Positions 19,501 through 27,040 of a DNA stretch of 64,000 nt are shown here, one piece after another. The position numbers and the translations under genes are program-made. The number at the start of each line of letters is the position of its first letter. Position 1 is the first letter of the stretch. Location of the stretch: assembly GCA_965197405.1 (NCBI GenBank), contig OZ240206.1, positions 3,275,096 through 3,339,095 on the forward strand, written 5' to 3'. Source of the stretch: Dehalococcoidia bacterium (lineage in GTDB: Bacteria; Chloroflexota; Dehalococcoidia; Lucifugimonadales; JAGWBF01). The notes under the pieces are model-generated. The model was not told where the DNA came from. It did no database searches and saw nothing but the letters and a program-made list of their open reading frames with translations.

Positions 19501-21660
19501 CCCGCCGACAACGGCAACCCGCCCGCGACGAGATACCGCATCGAGTGGAGGGTCGACGGCAAGGACTACGACAGGAACGATTGGGGCACATCGCAAGAGA
19601 CGACCTATACGACGAACGCCCAGGCCAACCTGGCCAATGGAGTCAAGTACGTCTTCCGGGTAAAGGCCGGGAACGGCAGCGGCAACAGCTACGGACCATA
19701 CGGCCCGGCCTCCGAGGAGGTGAGCGCCACTCCCACCTCCGGCTCGGCGGTGGACCTGGGCACGCCGGTGCTGTCGGACACGGAGAACCTGCATCACCGC
19801 ATGGTGCAGCTGGACTGGCAGGACATAGAGGACGCCGGGTGGTACGTAGTCCAGTATTACCACGTCGAAGACGAAGAGTGGCTGGACCTGCCCGCCGAGG
19901 GAGTGGAAATCGCGTTCCACGGTTCCAGCGCGGTGGTGAGCAACCTGCATGGGCTCTCGTGGCTGCGGGTTGGTGCGGCCAGCTGCGACGGGGCATCGGA
20001 GTGGTCGCAAATCGAGCAGTTGTTCGGGACCAACGCATCGGACTGGGAGGGAGTGCCCGTACCGGAGGTGGAGGAGGGCGACGAGATCGAGCCATGCCCC
20101 GTGGTCCTGGGCACTCCGGTGCTGTCGGACACGGAAATCCTGCATCACGGCATGGTGCAGCTGGACTGGCAGGACATAGAGGACGCCGGGTGGTACGTGG
20201 TCCAGTACTACCACCTGGAAGACGAAGAGTGGTTGGACCTGCCCGCCGAGGGAGTGGACATCGCGTTCCACGGTTCCAGCGCGGTGGTGAGCAACCTGCA
20301 TGGGCTCTCGTGGCTGCGGGTTGGTGCGGCCAGCTGCGACGGGGCATCGGAGTGGTCGCAGATCGAGGAGTCGTACGGAACCAACGCATCGGACTGGAAG
20401 GGTGTGCCCGTACCCGAGGTGGCGGAGGGCGACGAGATCGAGCCATGCTCAGAAGACGCGGACACGCCTGACAACAGCCCGGCGACGGGCGCGCCCACCA
20501 TCAGTGGCACGGCCCAGGTGGGCGAAACGCTGACGGCGAACACATCGGGCATCGCCGACGCGGACGGGCTTAGCAACGTCCAGTACAAGTACCAGTGGCT
20601 TGCAGACGACTCCGACATATCGGGAGCGACCAACGCCACCTACACCCTGACCGATAGCGAAGAGAGCAAGGCCATCAAGGTGCAGGTGAGCTTCACCGAC
20701 AACGCCGATAACGAGGAGACGCTGACCAGCACGGCAACGGACGCGGTGTCGGCAGCGCCCACGCCCAATTCTCCCGCCACCGGCGCGCCGGCCATCAGCG
20801 GAACGGTGCAGGTGGGCGAGACGCTGACGGCGAACACATCTGGGATCGCCGACGCCGACGGGCTTAGCAACGTCCAGTACGAGTACCAGTGGCTTGCAGA
20901 CGACGCCGAAATCGCAGGCGCTACCGGCTTGACCTACACCCTGACCGATAGCGAAGAAAGCAAGGCCATCACGGTGCAGGTGAGCTTCACCGACGACGCC
21001 GATAACGGGGAGACGCTGACCAGCGCGGCGACGGGCGCGGTTGCCGGTGCGCAACCCACGGAGCCGCCGGCCAAGCCCACTGGCCTCGAAGCCACGGCGA
21101 CCCACGACTCGGTGACCCTCACCTGGGACGACCCCGGCGACGACTCCATCACCGGCTACGTCATCCTGCGGCGCATTCCCGGGGTGGACCCGGAGGGCCA
21201 CTTCGATGTGCTGGTGGCGAACACGGGGACGGCGGCAACCACCTATACCGACGACACCGTGTCGGCGGAGACTCGCTATACCTACCGGATCAAGGCGATC
21301 AACGGGGCCGGAACGAGTGAGCGTTCCCGCTGGTTCCACATCGACACTCCGGCAGCGCCCGTACCCGACAAGCCCACGGGCCTCGAAGCCACGGAGTCGC
21401 ACGGCCAGGTGGTCCTCACGTGGGACGACCCCCAGGACGACTCCATCACCGGCTACGTGATACTGCGGCGCGTCCGCGAGAACGATACAGGGGGCGATTT
21501 CAGCGTATTGGTCGCGGACACGGGCACTGCGGCGCTGACCTACACAGACGATACGGTGGCGGCCGGCCTCACGTACACCTACCGCATCAAGGCCATCAAC
21601 GAGCACGGAACAAGCGAGCGGTCCCTCTGGTTCCACATCGACATCCCGGAGGCCCCGTAG
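10585..21660 (+). CDS. Giant secreted multidomain adhesin (3691 aa) with PPC-like, Calx-beta, Ig-like, fibronectin-III and cadherin-like beta-sandwich domains and an unnamed ~200-aa module
   Basis: The signal peptide reads MTRTDRRRFPVLLAVIAALALAMAMPFSMVHAQS. There are three pre-peptidase-C-like domains (GGSVxGxI...DxDWFxVxLxAGxxYxIDL). A Calx-beta segment follows (ASYTATEGGTAATVTV...DDSVDDDGESV). Many Fn3 domains are present (LSWxxP..., YRV/YRIKA). Cadherin-like beta-sandwich domains read DATLSALSLSGITL...RTYTITVTR. Confidence 0.9.
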   Translation: MTRTDRRRFPVLLAVIAALALAMAMPFSMVHAQSVSEGVDDCPRNTTTTCEVEVGGSVMGTIGNDLDTDWFRVELKAGRTYRIDMKGAILVAPDTLLDRELTLRLPQINTIRGRNGGQLVNTFGRDESSAHHLFRVTFHAHADGAHYIAASGESFEKGGYKLRVIDITRDDDATPVAVTVQFGAASYTATEGGTAATVTVNLSADPERSVTIPVTAAGANGAGSGDYTLSETSVTIDSGETSATFIVTATDDSVDDDGESVNLSFGTLPDAVSRGALATASVSLVDDDGADTTAPTVDSATVSQDGTSIDVVFDEDLDATGSEPAASAFGVTVDGGTAVNPASVAISDDTVTLTMASADAIAAGAAVTVAYDKPTSNALADAASNEVESFTGTDAIAASNRPAAPGKPQNVQLVFEETTSGYDAKLSWDAPDDLGGGTFQSYNWFLTKSVGDGNLVIESDDSQQTAPAADSPIRESLPSPEIGDVYKLTVTVWNEAASASAARSAIFVHGETGVPEVTQAAIRSDGLLLAWSAPEIASSLDVTGYQARYKLTGAADVDDSWTTVAAGATSPYTITGLADSAGYNVRMRAVIEWNSGDYYGDWSEAKRADNPSIVAGGVEVSSDPDSDNTYGRGETIEFTVEFNEAVTVTGEPEFEFCLGAVDASCTEGTDPPARRRAAHSSGDGTDKLVFSYVVGLRFTDLDTDGIRIGDSAIRLGDDEKIVSADTETAAYLSHAALGIQTGHRVDDSNVADTTAPSVSSAKVSEDGMTILIVFDQALDSSSTVETGEFAVTVGAALPRKPLGAALSGADTVTLTIHDPLNVTPTTAIAAGETVSVAYTAPATGGLQDNSSNKAAGFTENVINRPAKPTGLTLTDGHEKLTASWTAPTATGGSAITRYDVEWKTAAQTWAEAATAGQSATAAADATTHEITGLTNDTEYTVRVRAVNGAGNGPWSTEESETPAVPANKNADLADLSIEGVTVEGFDKDTLSYEVVVVLPARSGVNFVTIETTTVNDQATVGYLPVATDASVASPGYQVTVLLRTPTTYRITVTSADGSVTKEYAIEITRYTLPGAPRRLDARASHRQVELSWNDPDNSDIESYQYRVSGDGGNTWDPDWTEINGSGASTTGLTLTDLDHRTEYKFEVRAVVQGAAGAAASVTATPDDDFPNDTTTTGELDVGGSVTGNIEFGDDVDWFKVVLEAGTRYQIDLEGADTGRGTLVDPAIEFLADSMGDGIADTEDSDNGVGKNARAIYTPTAAGAYYVSVSSETSAPGTYTVSVIVLGANGASEADTDFPDTTSTTGRVEVGASATGNIHTGGNRDAFRVDLNAGKVYQVDLEGAGTNRGSLDDPQLFAIADSTGSSISGGDNNDISSSNLNSRVTFTPTDAGSYYVLVRGNGTSTGTYTLSVRDVTPPDAPGGLDAQASYRQVDLSWNDPDNSDIDSYQYRVSDDGGNTWDPDWTEIDGSDASTTGLTLTDLDHRTAYRFEVRVMVQGAAGAAASVAATPAATTVPHDWDLRPPGVATGKTFRLLIVTSDRRNGQSGDVDDYNDHVQDAAASGHSDIQDYSSEFRALVGTKGGASPRDNTHSNKNSDGRGEQIWWLNGPRAANDYDDFYDGSWDHTNPVRLESGNSRTFYDVDDNDEQFYKRIIWTGATAEGARSGSRHLGSDDGEGYVGVPYFENGPLRLGGRWVTTNRSLRLYGLSPVFLVEAPDAPYATTAAITTDPANGTDYRTGEVVKATVTFSEDVTVTGTPQLPLQIGGDERDADYAAGDSSSTVLSFSYVVTDDDTDRNGISIDAFALKLNGGTIKRTDTDVDAALTHTRVLDDDDHKVNLPPLITGVEVTSTPQAANDTYGLGEDIEITVTFSEAVNVTGDVEFGISAGGPKQARLKSGSGTTELVFAYKVQAADEDDDGIWIGNHNTDHPTFDLQAGQSVVGVDSGRPALLEHSVEGTQGGHKVDGDNTAADATLSALSLSGITLDQTFTAGAAGTAVTSFTATTDAAPTTVTAILTATPTQSGASVAITPADADINTTDHEVDLDVGDTVITIAVTSSNGDVVRTYTITVTRPAGIGVPHDWDLRPPGIATGKTFRLLIVTSDRRNGESGDVDDYNDHVQDAVASGHSAIQDYSSGFRALVGTKGGASPRDNTHSNKDSDGRGEQIWWLKGPKAADNYVDFYDGDWDHTNPVRLESGNSRTFYDVDANEQQFNRRIIWTGSRYDGVRSGSRHLGSDGGQAYVGVPYFENGPLRYGSRRVDTYRSLSLYGLSPVFLVEAPDAPYATTAAITTDPANGTDYRTGEVVKATVTFSEDVTVMGTPQLPLQIGGEERDADYAAGDSSSTVLSFSYTVTDDDTDRDGISIDAFALKLNGGSIKREDTNVDAALTHTRVLDDDDQLVNLRPLITDIEVTSTPQATNANDTYGLGEDIEITVTFSEAVNVTGDVDFGLSVGGAKRARLARGNGTTELVFAYTVQSGDDDDNGIFIGNQDSTNATLALQDSQTIVGAVSGLRADLDHDEEGRKDDHKVDGSLTAADATLSALSLSDITLVPAFAPGATAYTATTRLSSTTVTIAISQGQNGATGRITAPADADLNASGHQVNLAEDADTVITITVTSSNGDSMRTYTVTVTRQPAIEDDATLSVLALSGGITLAPAFDPRTTAYAATTTATTTTVTATASQSGANMDIDPDDADTNTTDHDVNLAEGDTVITVTVISSNGDSTRTYTVTVTREAANGNRSAPPPPKNVRAVEEKGGVRLTWQPPDGPAVTGYRIERRPADGQGSGPQRSHGQPRDHHTLVEDTGSADTGYTDESAEQGVGYEYRVTARNESGPGEGSDWVRSGPEPASNAPATGAPTIRGTAQVGKTLTADITGISDADGLSGETFSYQWVSGDGTTDTDIEGATGSTYTLAAADQGRSVKVRVTFTDDGGNEETLTSAPTGPVLGDGPPGAPRNLTATPGNQEVTLSWDPPADNGNPPATRYRIEWRVDGKDYDRNDWGTSQETTYTTNAQANLANGVKYVFRVKAGNGSGNSYGPYGPASEEVSATPTSGSAVDLGTPVLSDTENLHHRMVQLDWQDIEDAGWYVVQYYHVEDEEWLDLPAEGVEIAFHGSSAVVSNLHGLSWLRVGAASCDGASEWSQIEQLFGTNASDWEGVPVPEVEEGDEIEPCPVVLGTPVLSDTEILHHGMVQLDWQDIEDAGWYVVQYYHLEDEEWLDLPAEGVDIAFHGSSAVVSNLHGLSWLRVGAASCDGASEWSQIEESYGTNASDWKGVPVPEVAEGDEIEPCSEDADTPDNSPATGAPTISGTAQVGETLTANTSGIADADGLSNVQYKYQWLADDSDISGATNATYTLTDSEESKAIKVQVSFTDNADNEETLTSTATDAVSAAPTPNSPATGAPAISGTVQVGETLTANTSGIADADGLSNVQYEYQWLADDAEIAGATGLTYTLTDSEESKAITVQVSFTDDADNGETLTSAATGAVAGAQPTEPPAKPTGLEATATHDSVTLTWDDPGDDSITGYVILRRIPGVDPEGHFDVLVANTGTAATTYTDDTVSAETRYTYRIKAINGAGTSERSRWFHIDTPAAPVPDKPTGLEATESHGQVVLTWDDPQDDSITGYVILRRVRENDTGGDFSVLVADTGTAALTYTDDTVAAGLTYTYRIKAINEHGTSERSLWFHIDIPEAP
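13798..15110 (+). repeat. Two near-identical ~280-bp Fn3-coding repeats flanking two PPC-like domains
   Basis: 13798-14078 and 14830-15110 share long identical runs (TCCTGGAACGATCCGGACAACAGCGACATCGA...GGCGGCAACACCTGGGACCCGGACTGGACCGAGATC...). The offset is about 1032 bp. Confidence 0.85.
15124..18490 (+). repeat. Tandem duplication of a ~1.69-kb coding block within the adhesin
   Basis: GTGCCCCACGACTGGGACCTGCGGCCGCCGGG at 15124 recurs at 16816. Both copies encode VPHDWDLRPPG...FRLLIVTSDRRNG..., two Ig-like domains and one cadherin-like beta-sandwich. Identity is high throughout. Confidence 0.9.
19759..20460 (+). repeat. Two tandem 351-bp near-identical coding repeats
   Basis: GGCACGCCGGTGCTGTCGGACACGGAGAACCTGCATCAC... 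(19759) matches GGCACTCCGGTGCTGTCGGACACGGAAATCCTGCATCAC... (20110). The encoded peptides differ at only a few residues. Confidence 0.9.
20476..21060 (+). repeat. Two tandem ~294-bp coding repeats (SPATGAPxISGTxQVGETLTANTSGIADADGLSNVQYxYQWLADD...)
   Basis: Copies start at 20476 and 20770. A diverged third copy lies near 19135. Confidence 0.85.
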
Positions 21661-21975
21661 CGGGTATCGAGGACTGCGAAGGTCAGGGAGCCGTCCGCAC
21701 GAGCGACGGCAGAAAGTTGCCCGACGAGTTGGCGCCGACCGTCAGCGGTCGGGGCCGGTAGAGGGCAACGAAAAAAGCCCGCACACATGGATAAAACTAG
21801 GGAGGCCGCCACCCTCCGGCAAAGCGGAGCCGTGGCCTCCCCCAGGGCTCCGGGTTGGACCGACTGCGGGAGGGAGCTTGCACTCCGCACACCGTCCCGC
21901 CTGGGGTTTCCGGACGGCCCGGACATCGCAGTTGGAGAGAGATCGCAGCCGTCCTGCGGAAGGACCGCCGATTCC

Positions 21976-22077
21976 ATGCCTCGACAGCGCATCCACCACA
22001 GCAGAGTGACCTACCAGGTCCCCCAAGACTTCCCGGAGCGGCTGGAGCGGTTCAAGGAGGAGTCGGGGCTGTCGTGA
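21976..22077 (+). pseudogene. Remnant of a small HTH-type gene (N-terminal 33 codons)
   Basis: MPRQRIHHSRVTYQVPQDFPERLERFKEESGLS ends at TGA. It lies about 40 bp before the inferred IS1380 left end. The call rests on resemblance to the N-termini of small DNA-binding proteins, recalled from memory only. Confidence 0.3.
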
Positions 22078-22117
22078 GGGCGTCGGGTCAGTGTCCTGAA
22101 GCGGCAAGAGGGTGCTC

Positions 22118-23700
22118 CTGTGAATCTGGGATAATGGTTTTGGAACAGCAAAGCCGACCCCAGAACAAGGAGCACCCAATAGATGCTACCACGCAACCAT
22201 CCCGATCGCATCCAAATCGCGTTTGACGACCCCCGCCTGGTGGCCAATGCTGGGCTGCTGCTCCCGGTGACCCTAGCCCAGCACCTGGGCCTGCGTGAAG
22301 TCGTCGACAGCCACGTCGACCTGGGAGACGCGCCGGGGCGGGCGAACCCGGGAGACAAGCTGCTGACCCTGGTGGCCTCGGCGCTGGCTGGGGGCGACTG
22401 CATTGACGACGCCGACGTGTTGCGTAGGGGCGGGACAGCTGGCGCCATCGGCTGCGTAGTCAAGGCGCCATCCACCCTGGGAACTTTCCTGCGCAGCTTC
22501 CGGTGGGGCCACGTCCGCCAGTTGGATCGGGTGAGCCGGGAGCTGCTGTCCCGGGCCTGGGCCGCTGGTGCGGGACCCGGCGAAGGGCCGTTGACCATCG
22601 ACCTAGACTCCACCATCTGCGAGACCTACGGACTGGCCAAGGAGGGGGCGTGTCACCATGGTTACACTGGCCAGCGGGGCTATCACCCGCTGCTGGCCAT
22701 CGCCGCCGGCACTGGCGACGTGCTGATGTCTCGGCTGCGCGAGGGCCGGGCCAACACCGTTCGGGGCGCCGCCCACTTCCTGCGGGAGACCGTGAGCCGG
22801 GTGCGCCATGCTGAGGCTACAGGACAACTCACGGTGCGGGCCGACAGCGGCTTCTATGCCCACGCCCTGGTCGCCGCCTGCCGCGAGATGGATGTCCGCT
22901 TCTCCATCACCATCCGCCAACACGCCCGCCTCAGGGAGTTGATTGAGGCGATTCCCGAGGAGGACTGGACGCCCGTCCCCTACTGGATGGACGGCGGCGC
23001 CGACGTGGCCGAGACCACCTACACTCCCTTCCAGGGTGAGCCCGCAGCCGCCCCAGTGCGGCTCATCGTCCGGCGGGTGAAGCCCACGCCCGGTTCCCAA
23101 CTGGTCCTCTTCGCCAGCTACAGCTATCACGGCTTCATCACCGACCGGGACGGGGAAACCCTGGAACTGGAGGCCGACCATCGCCGCCACGCCGAGATCG
23201 AGAATGCCATCCGAGACCTCAAGCACGGCGTCGGCCTCAACCATTTCCCCTCGGGCCGCTTCCCCGCCAACGGCGCCTGGCTGGCCGTCCAGGTGCTGGC
23301 CCATAACCTGGCCCGCTGGACCGCGCGCATCGGTCTGGGCGAGGGGGTGGTGACCACCAAGACCCTCCGGCGGCGCTTCTTCTCCCTGGCCGGACGGCTC
23401 ACCCGCTCGGCCCGCCGCCTCACTTTGCATCTGCCACAGGGCTGGCCTTGGAAAACCCAGTTCACTCGCGCCCTGGCTCGATTGCGAGCCCTGCCTTTGC
23501 CTGCCTGACGGCACCGACGGCGCCTGACCCGTCCACCAGACTACCCAACCGCCCCACAGAGTCGCACCGGCCCGGTCCGCGATTGTCTTCCCCTGCATGC
23601 TGTCCCGCCGACCCCGCCCCAGCGCCGCTGCCAGGACCGCCATCGGCGCCCCCAACGACAACCAAAGGCCGCCACCGGCCCCATTTATCGGAATCGAGCG
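22118..23700 (+). mobile_element. IS1380-family insertion sequence (ends approximate)
   Basis: Contains transposase ORF 22183..23508. The candidate imperfect inverted repeats are GTGAATCTGGGATAATGG (about 22120) and CCATTTATCGGAATCGAG (about 23680, reverse complement CTCGATTCCGATAAATGG). A length of about 1.6 kb fits the family. Confidence 0.55.
22183..23508 (+). CDS. IS1380-family DDE transposase
   Basis: The N-terminus is typical of the family: DRIQIAFDDPRLVANAGLLLPVTLAQHLGL...GDKLLTLVASALAGGDCIDDADVLR. Later motifs are HGYTGQRGYHPLLA and ...HRRHAEIENAIRDLKHGVGLNHFPSGRF. Confidence 0.85.
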   Translation: MLPRNHPDRIQIAFDDPRLVANAGLLLPVTLAQHLGLREVVDSHVDLGDAPGRANPGDKLLTLVASALAGGDCIDDADVLRRGGTAGAIGCVVKAPSTLGTFLRSFRWGHVRQLDRVSRELLSRAWAAGAGPGEGPLTIDLDSTICETYGLAKEGACHHGYTGQRGYHPLLAIAAGTGDVLMSRLREGRANTVRGAAHFLRETVSRVRHAEATGQLTVRADSGFYAHALVAACREMDVRFSITIRQHARLRELIEAIPEEDWTPVPYWMDGGADVAETTYTPFQGEPAAAPVRLIVRRVKPTPGSQLVLFASYSYHGFITDRDGETLELEADHRRHAEIENAIRDLKHGVGLNHFPSGRFPANGAWLAVQVLAHNLARWTARIGLGEGVVTTKTLRRRFFSLAGRLTRSARRLTLHLPQGWPWKTQFTRALARLRALPLPA

Positions 23701-23959
23701 CGGACCGTCGCGTCCCACGGCCCTCACCCCTTGTTCCAACCCCAAGGCCGCTCCGCGTCGGTGGACGTCGTTGGCGGCGGTCCCGTAGGGGGCCGAGGAA
23801 AGGCCAAGCCGCGAGGGGACGGCCCGGCGCGGCGTCCCGCCGGTGGAGACGGATTCGAGTCCGGGCCGCAGGCCGCAGCCTGCGCCATCGAGGGCCGCCG
23901 TCCGCGCAACGAGGGACCCGCCCGGTAGAGAGAACGCCAGGACATGCAGGAGGAGCGTC

Positions 23960-25111
23960 ATGAACGAGGAGCATGACGGGATGGACCAGGGGAATCCATC
24001 GGAAGAAGAGTACCAGAGGTTCCGCAGGATGATGGACGGCATGGGCCGCGAGGGCCTTCGCCGGATGGTCGAGCATCTGACGGAGAGGATCGAGGCGAAC
24101 CCCCGCGACGCCGAAGCCCTGTCCGCGAGGGGGCTGGCGTACAGCGAGCTGGGGGAGCACCGCCAAGCCGTCGAGGACTACGGCAGGATCATCGCCCTGG
24201 ACCCCAGCAACGCGGGAGCCCACCTCGGCAGGGCTCGCGCCTACTCCGCTATGGAGGAACACCGCCAGGCGGTGGAGGACTACGACGCCGCCATCCGCCT
24301 GGCCCCCGGCGACGCCGTGGCGCACTACAGCCGGGGGGCGTGCAAGGCGGAGCTGGGCGACCTGGCCGGAGCGATGAGCGACTTCGACGTGGCCGTCACC
24401 ATGGCCCCCGGCGACGCCGACGCCCACTACAACCGGGGATTGACCCAGGTGGCGATGGGCAAGCGCCACCGGGCGGTGAAGGACCTGAGCAGGGCCATAG
24501 ATTTGAATCCCAAACTCGCCGACGCCCACTACCACAGGGGCATGGCATACCGCGACATGGGCCGGATGGACAGGGCGCTGAGGGACTTCGGCGCCGCCAT
24601 CGGGCTCGAAGAGAGGTACGGCCTCGCCTTCTACGCCAGGGGGATCACCAACGTCAACCTGGGAGCGCACGAGGCCGCGCTGGGCGACTTCGACGCCGTG
24701 CTGGGGCTCGACCCCGACAACGCCTCTGCGCTCCGGGGCAGGGGAGTCGCCCTGGGCAACCTGGGCCGCTACGACGAGGCGGTCGGGGACTTCGACCGGT
24801 CCCTGGAGCTGGACCCCGGCAACGCCGAGGCCCTCGCGGCCCGGGGGCTGGCCCACGCCAGCCTGGAGCGGCACGAGCTGGCCATAGAGGACTACAGCAG
24901 GATCCTGGACATCGACCCCCGGAACAGGGACGTCCTCTACAGCCGGGGGATCGCCCGCATGTACGCGGCCCGGTTCGAGAGCGCCATCGAGGACTTCGAG
25001 GCCATCCTCGGCATCGAGCCGGGGCACGCCGCGGCGCGGGGGGCGAGGGAGTTGGCCCGCGAGGCGCTGGAGATGCAGGGAGGCGCGGGCCAGGGGCAGG
25101 CGGCGCGGTAG
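23960..25111 (+). CDS. Tetratricopeptide (TPR) repeat protein
   Basis: About ten consecutive 34-aa repeats of the form A..YSRG.AY..LG....A..D...AI.L.P..A.A. The start is taken at ATG 23960, behind AGGAGGAG. Confidence 0.85.
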   Translation: MNEEHDGMDQGNPSEEEYQRFRRMMDGMGREGLRRMVEHLTERIEANPRDAEALSARGLAYSELGEHRQAVEDYGRIIALDPSNAGAHLGRARAYSAMEEHRQAVEDYDAAIRLAPGDAVAHYSRGACKAELGDLAGAMSDFDVAVTMAPGDADAHYNRGLTQVAMGKRHRAVKDLSRAIDLNPKLADAHYHRGMAYRDMGRMDRALRDFGAAIGLEERYGLAFYARGITNVNLGAHEAALGDFDAVLGLDPDNASALRGRGVALGNLGRYDEAVGDFDRSLELDPGNAEALAARGLAHASLERHELAIEDYSRILDIDPRNRDVLYSRGIARMYAARFESAIEDFEAILGIEPGHAAARGARELAREALEMQGGAGQGQAAR

Positions 25112-25133
25112 CGCCGCCGCGCGGACGTGACTT

Positions 25134-26873
25134 CTAGGTGAGGCTCCCCCTGCCTCTGTTTCGGAGGCAGGGAAGCCGGGCGATGATTTCGGGCAACAAA
25201 AAAGGGCGGCATACATGGGAAGCCGGGGGAGGCCGCTGCCGCATCGACGACGGCCTCCCCCCAGAGTGACGAGCCTGTCCCACAAACCGGATGCAGCGAG
25301 GATGGTTGGGGGAAGGTGTAGGGTGCCGGGCTGAAAATCTGGTGGTGAACGAGGCGCGGCGACGAGCGGCGCGGCAGCGGTTGCTCGGGGCGGGAGAAAC
25401 GCGGGTAGCGTATCCCTTGGAACGCTGCGCTTTAGGCCGCCGTCCCCGCTTCTGGAGCCGGTAGAGGCTGGCCAGGTTGAAGGCGGTGGCCAAGAGCGTC
25501 CATTCGGCCCGTACTCCGGCCAGCCCCCGCAGCAGGAACCGCCTGGCCCCGTGGCATTCCTTCAGAATCCCGAACACCGGCTCGACCAGTTGCTTGCGCA
25601 ACCGGTACCGGGCTTTCGCTGCTCCGGTGGCCATCAGTTCCCGGTGGCGGCGCAACCAGAGTTCGTGCTCGCTCACCTTGATCGACCGCCCCTGCCGGTC
25701 CTTGGTGCATTCCCCAAAGGCCGGGCAGGACCGGCAGACCGCCCTTGGCGCCCGGTAACGGCGTACCCCGTAGCCGGTCCGGTGCTTCAACGATTCCACA
25801 AACTCCAGCCTCGCCCCTAGGGGGCACTGGTAGGTGTCGGTCTCAGCTTGGTGAATGAATTGCTCCTTATGGTAAGGAGCCAGCCGCTGACCACTATCGG
25901 CTCCGGGCATGAGAACTTGGTGGCCGCCGCTCTCGCAGGCCAACAGGTTCGCCCCCGAATGGTAGCCGGCGTCGGCCAAGGTTACGGTCTCAAGTCCCTT
26001 GGTGTTCCCAGCCGATTCCTCGATCATCGGTAGCAGCCAAGGGTGGTCGTCGGTACTGGAACTGATTCCCACTGCCGTGATGAGCATCCCTGACGCTCCC
26101 TCCGGGGTCTCCGGTTCCCCCAAGGGCGCCGCTACCGCTTGCGCGTTGTAGCCGGTGATGAAACCGTTTCTGGTCCGTAACAAGCCCGCGTCCGGGTCGG
26201 TGAGGTTCGCCCGGCTGGCTCCTTCACCAGCTTCAACCAGCTTCAGGGCCTCTTGCACCTTCCGGCGGAGTTCTTGAGCGTCGGCCAACTCTTGGGGCAG
26301 GCTGGGCGCCGCCGGCTCATCACTCTGGGCGTTGCCAGCTTCCAACCGGCGGATGGATTCCTCCACTCCCTTCAGCAACCTCCTAAGCCCCTTGGCGTCC
26401 AGGGTGCGGTCCTTGGAGGCGTTGCCCGAGATTCGCGTCCCGTCCACCGCCTGCAACACCAAGTTCACCAGCCCCGCCTCTACCGCCGTCTTTACCGTCC
26501 GCCGGAACAGCCCCCGCATCTTCTCCCGGTGTTCGCAGTAAAACCGCCACAGGGTGTTGTGGTCGGGACGCTGATTCCCGCTCAACCACATGTAGGGCAA
26601 CTGCTCCCGGCAGGCCGTCTCCAGCTTGCGGGTGGAGCGCACTCCGGTCATGAAGCCGTAGAGCCAGACCCCAAGGAGCATCCGGGGGTGGTAGGCCGCC
26701 GCCCCACGCTCCTCTCCCTGTGGGCTGACCCCCAACTCCTCCCAGCCGGACCTATCGATGCTGTCGACGAAGACGGCAACGAAACGGGCCCCATGATCCT
26801 CGGGCAGCATATCATCCAAAGTTGGCGGCAACAGCCAAGCCTGTTCCCGGCTGAACTCTCGAAGCGGCATCAC
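25134..26873 (-). CDS. IS1182-family transposase; the ORF reads through the inferred IS end
   Basis: The N-terminus reads REFSREQAWLLPPTLDDMLPEDHGARFVAVFVD...YHPRMLLGVWLYGF. The DDE region reads ...ADAGYHSGANL... and ...ERVFGILK-like PVFGILKECHGARRFLLRGL. The last ~110 aa are low-complexity and probably not native. Confidence 0.75.
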   Translation of the reverse strand: MMPLREFSREQAWLLPPTLDDMLPEDHGARFVAVFVDSIDRSGWEELGVSPQGEERGAAAYHPRMLLGVWLYGFMTGVRSTRKLETACREQLPYMWLSGNQRPDHNTLWRFYCEHREKMRGLFRRTVKTAVEAGLVNLVLQAVDGTRISGNASKDRTLDAKGLRRLLKGVEESIRRLEAGNAQSDEPAAPSLPQELADAQELRRKVQEALKLVEAGEGASRANLTDPDAGLLRTRNGFITGYNAQAVAAPLGEPETPEGASGMLITAVGISSSTDDHPWLLPMIEESAGNTKGLETVTLADAGYHSGANLLACESGGHQVLMPGADSGQRLAPYHKEQFIHQAETDTYQCPLGARLEFVESLKHRTGYGVRRYRAPRAVCRSCPAFGECTKDRQGRSIKVSEHELWLRRHRELMATGAAKARYRLRKQLVEPVFGILKECHGARRFLLRGLAGVRAEWTLLATAFNLASLYRLQKRGRRPKAQRSKGYATRVSPAPSNRCRAARRRASFTTRFSARHPTPSPNHPRCIRFVGQARHSGGRPSSMRQRPPPASHVCRPFLLPEIIARLPCLRNRGRGSLT

Positions 26874-26993
26874 TCCCTCCCGGCACCGGCGTACCTTGCG
26901 TCCACCAATAATCTACTCCTCATTACCCCTCATGTCTCCGCTGCCAAGCCCATGCCTTCATCATTTCAGCCGCAAAGGGAATTATGAGACAGG
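25274..26993 (-). mobile_element. IS1182-family insertion sequence (ends inferred)
   Basis: The imperfect terminal inverted repeats are CCTGTCCCACAAACCGG (25274-25290) and GGGAATTATGAGACAGG (26977-26993, reverse complement CCTGTCTCATAATTCCC). The element is about 1.72 kb and contains ORF 25134..26873. Confidence 0.55.
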
Positions 26994-26997
26994 CTCT

Positions 26998-27030
26998 GAC
27001 GGGCCCGGCGCAGTACCGCCGGGCCGTCGC
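26998..27030 (-). terminator. GC-rich hairpin just downstream of the 4xHTH gene
   Basis: GACGGGCCCGGCG-CAGTA-CCGCCGGGCCGTC lies 11 nt beyond the stop at 27041. It directly abuts the inferred IS1182 end. Confidence 0.4.
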
Positions 27031-27040
27031 CCACGCCTCG

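Noticed and set aside
18073-20301. Very long ORFs antisense to or out of frame with the big genes. Examples are 18073..20301(-) 742 aa, 14401..15870(-), 42211..44643(+) 810 aa, 22603..24042(-), 23462..25285(-), 56845..58755(-), 59191..60996(-) and 62828..63958(-).
   Set aside because: These are typical shadow ORFs of GC-rich DNA. Their compositions are R/G/P/A-dominated and low in complexity, and they carry no motifs. Each overlaps a gene on the other strand or frame that has clear domain signatures.
21800-21841. The hairpin GGGAGGCC...GGCCTCCC as the terminator of the adhesin gene.
   Set aside because: It lies 140 nt past the stop and is not followed by a T-tract on the plus strand; the T-rich side is on the minus strand. 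It belongs to a small family of similar hairpins (25243-25279, 49310-41), so its function at this site is unclear.
26901-26925. GTCCACCAATAATCTAC, resembling the rec2 core (GTCCACCAAACTTGACGGTAGAC), as a possible attL of the second element.
   Set aside because: It lies inside the inferred IS1182 (25274-26993), upstream of its transposase start. Only the first 9 nt match.
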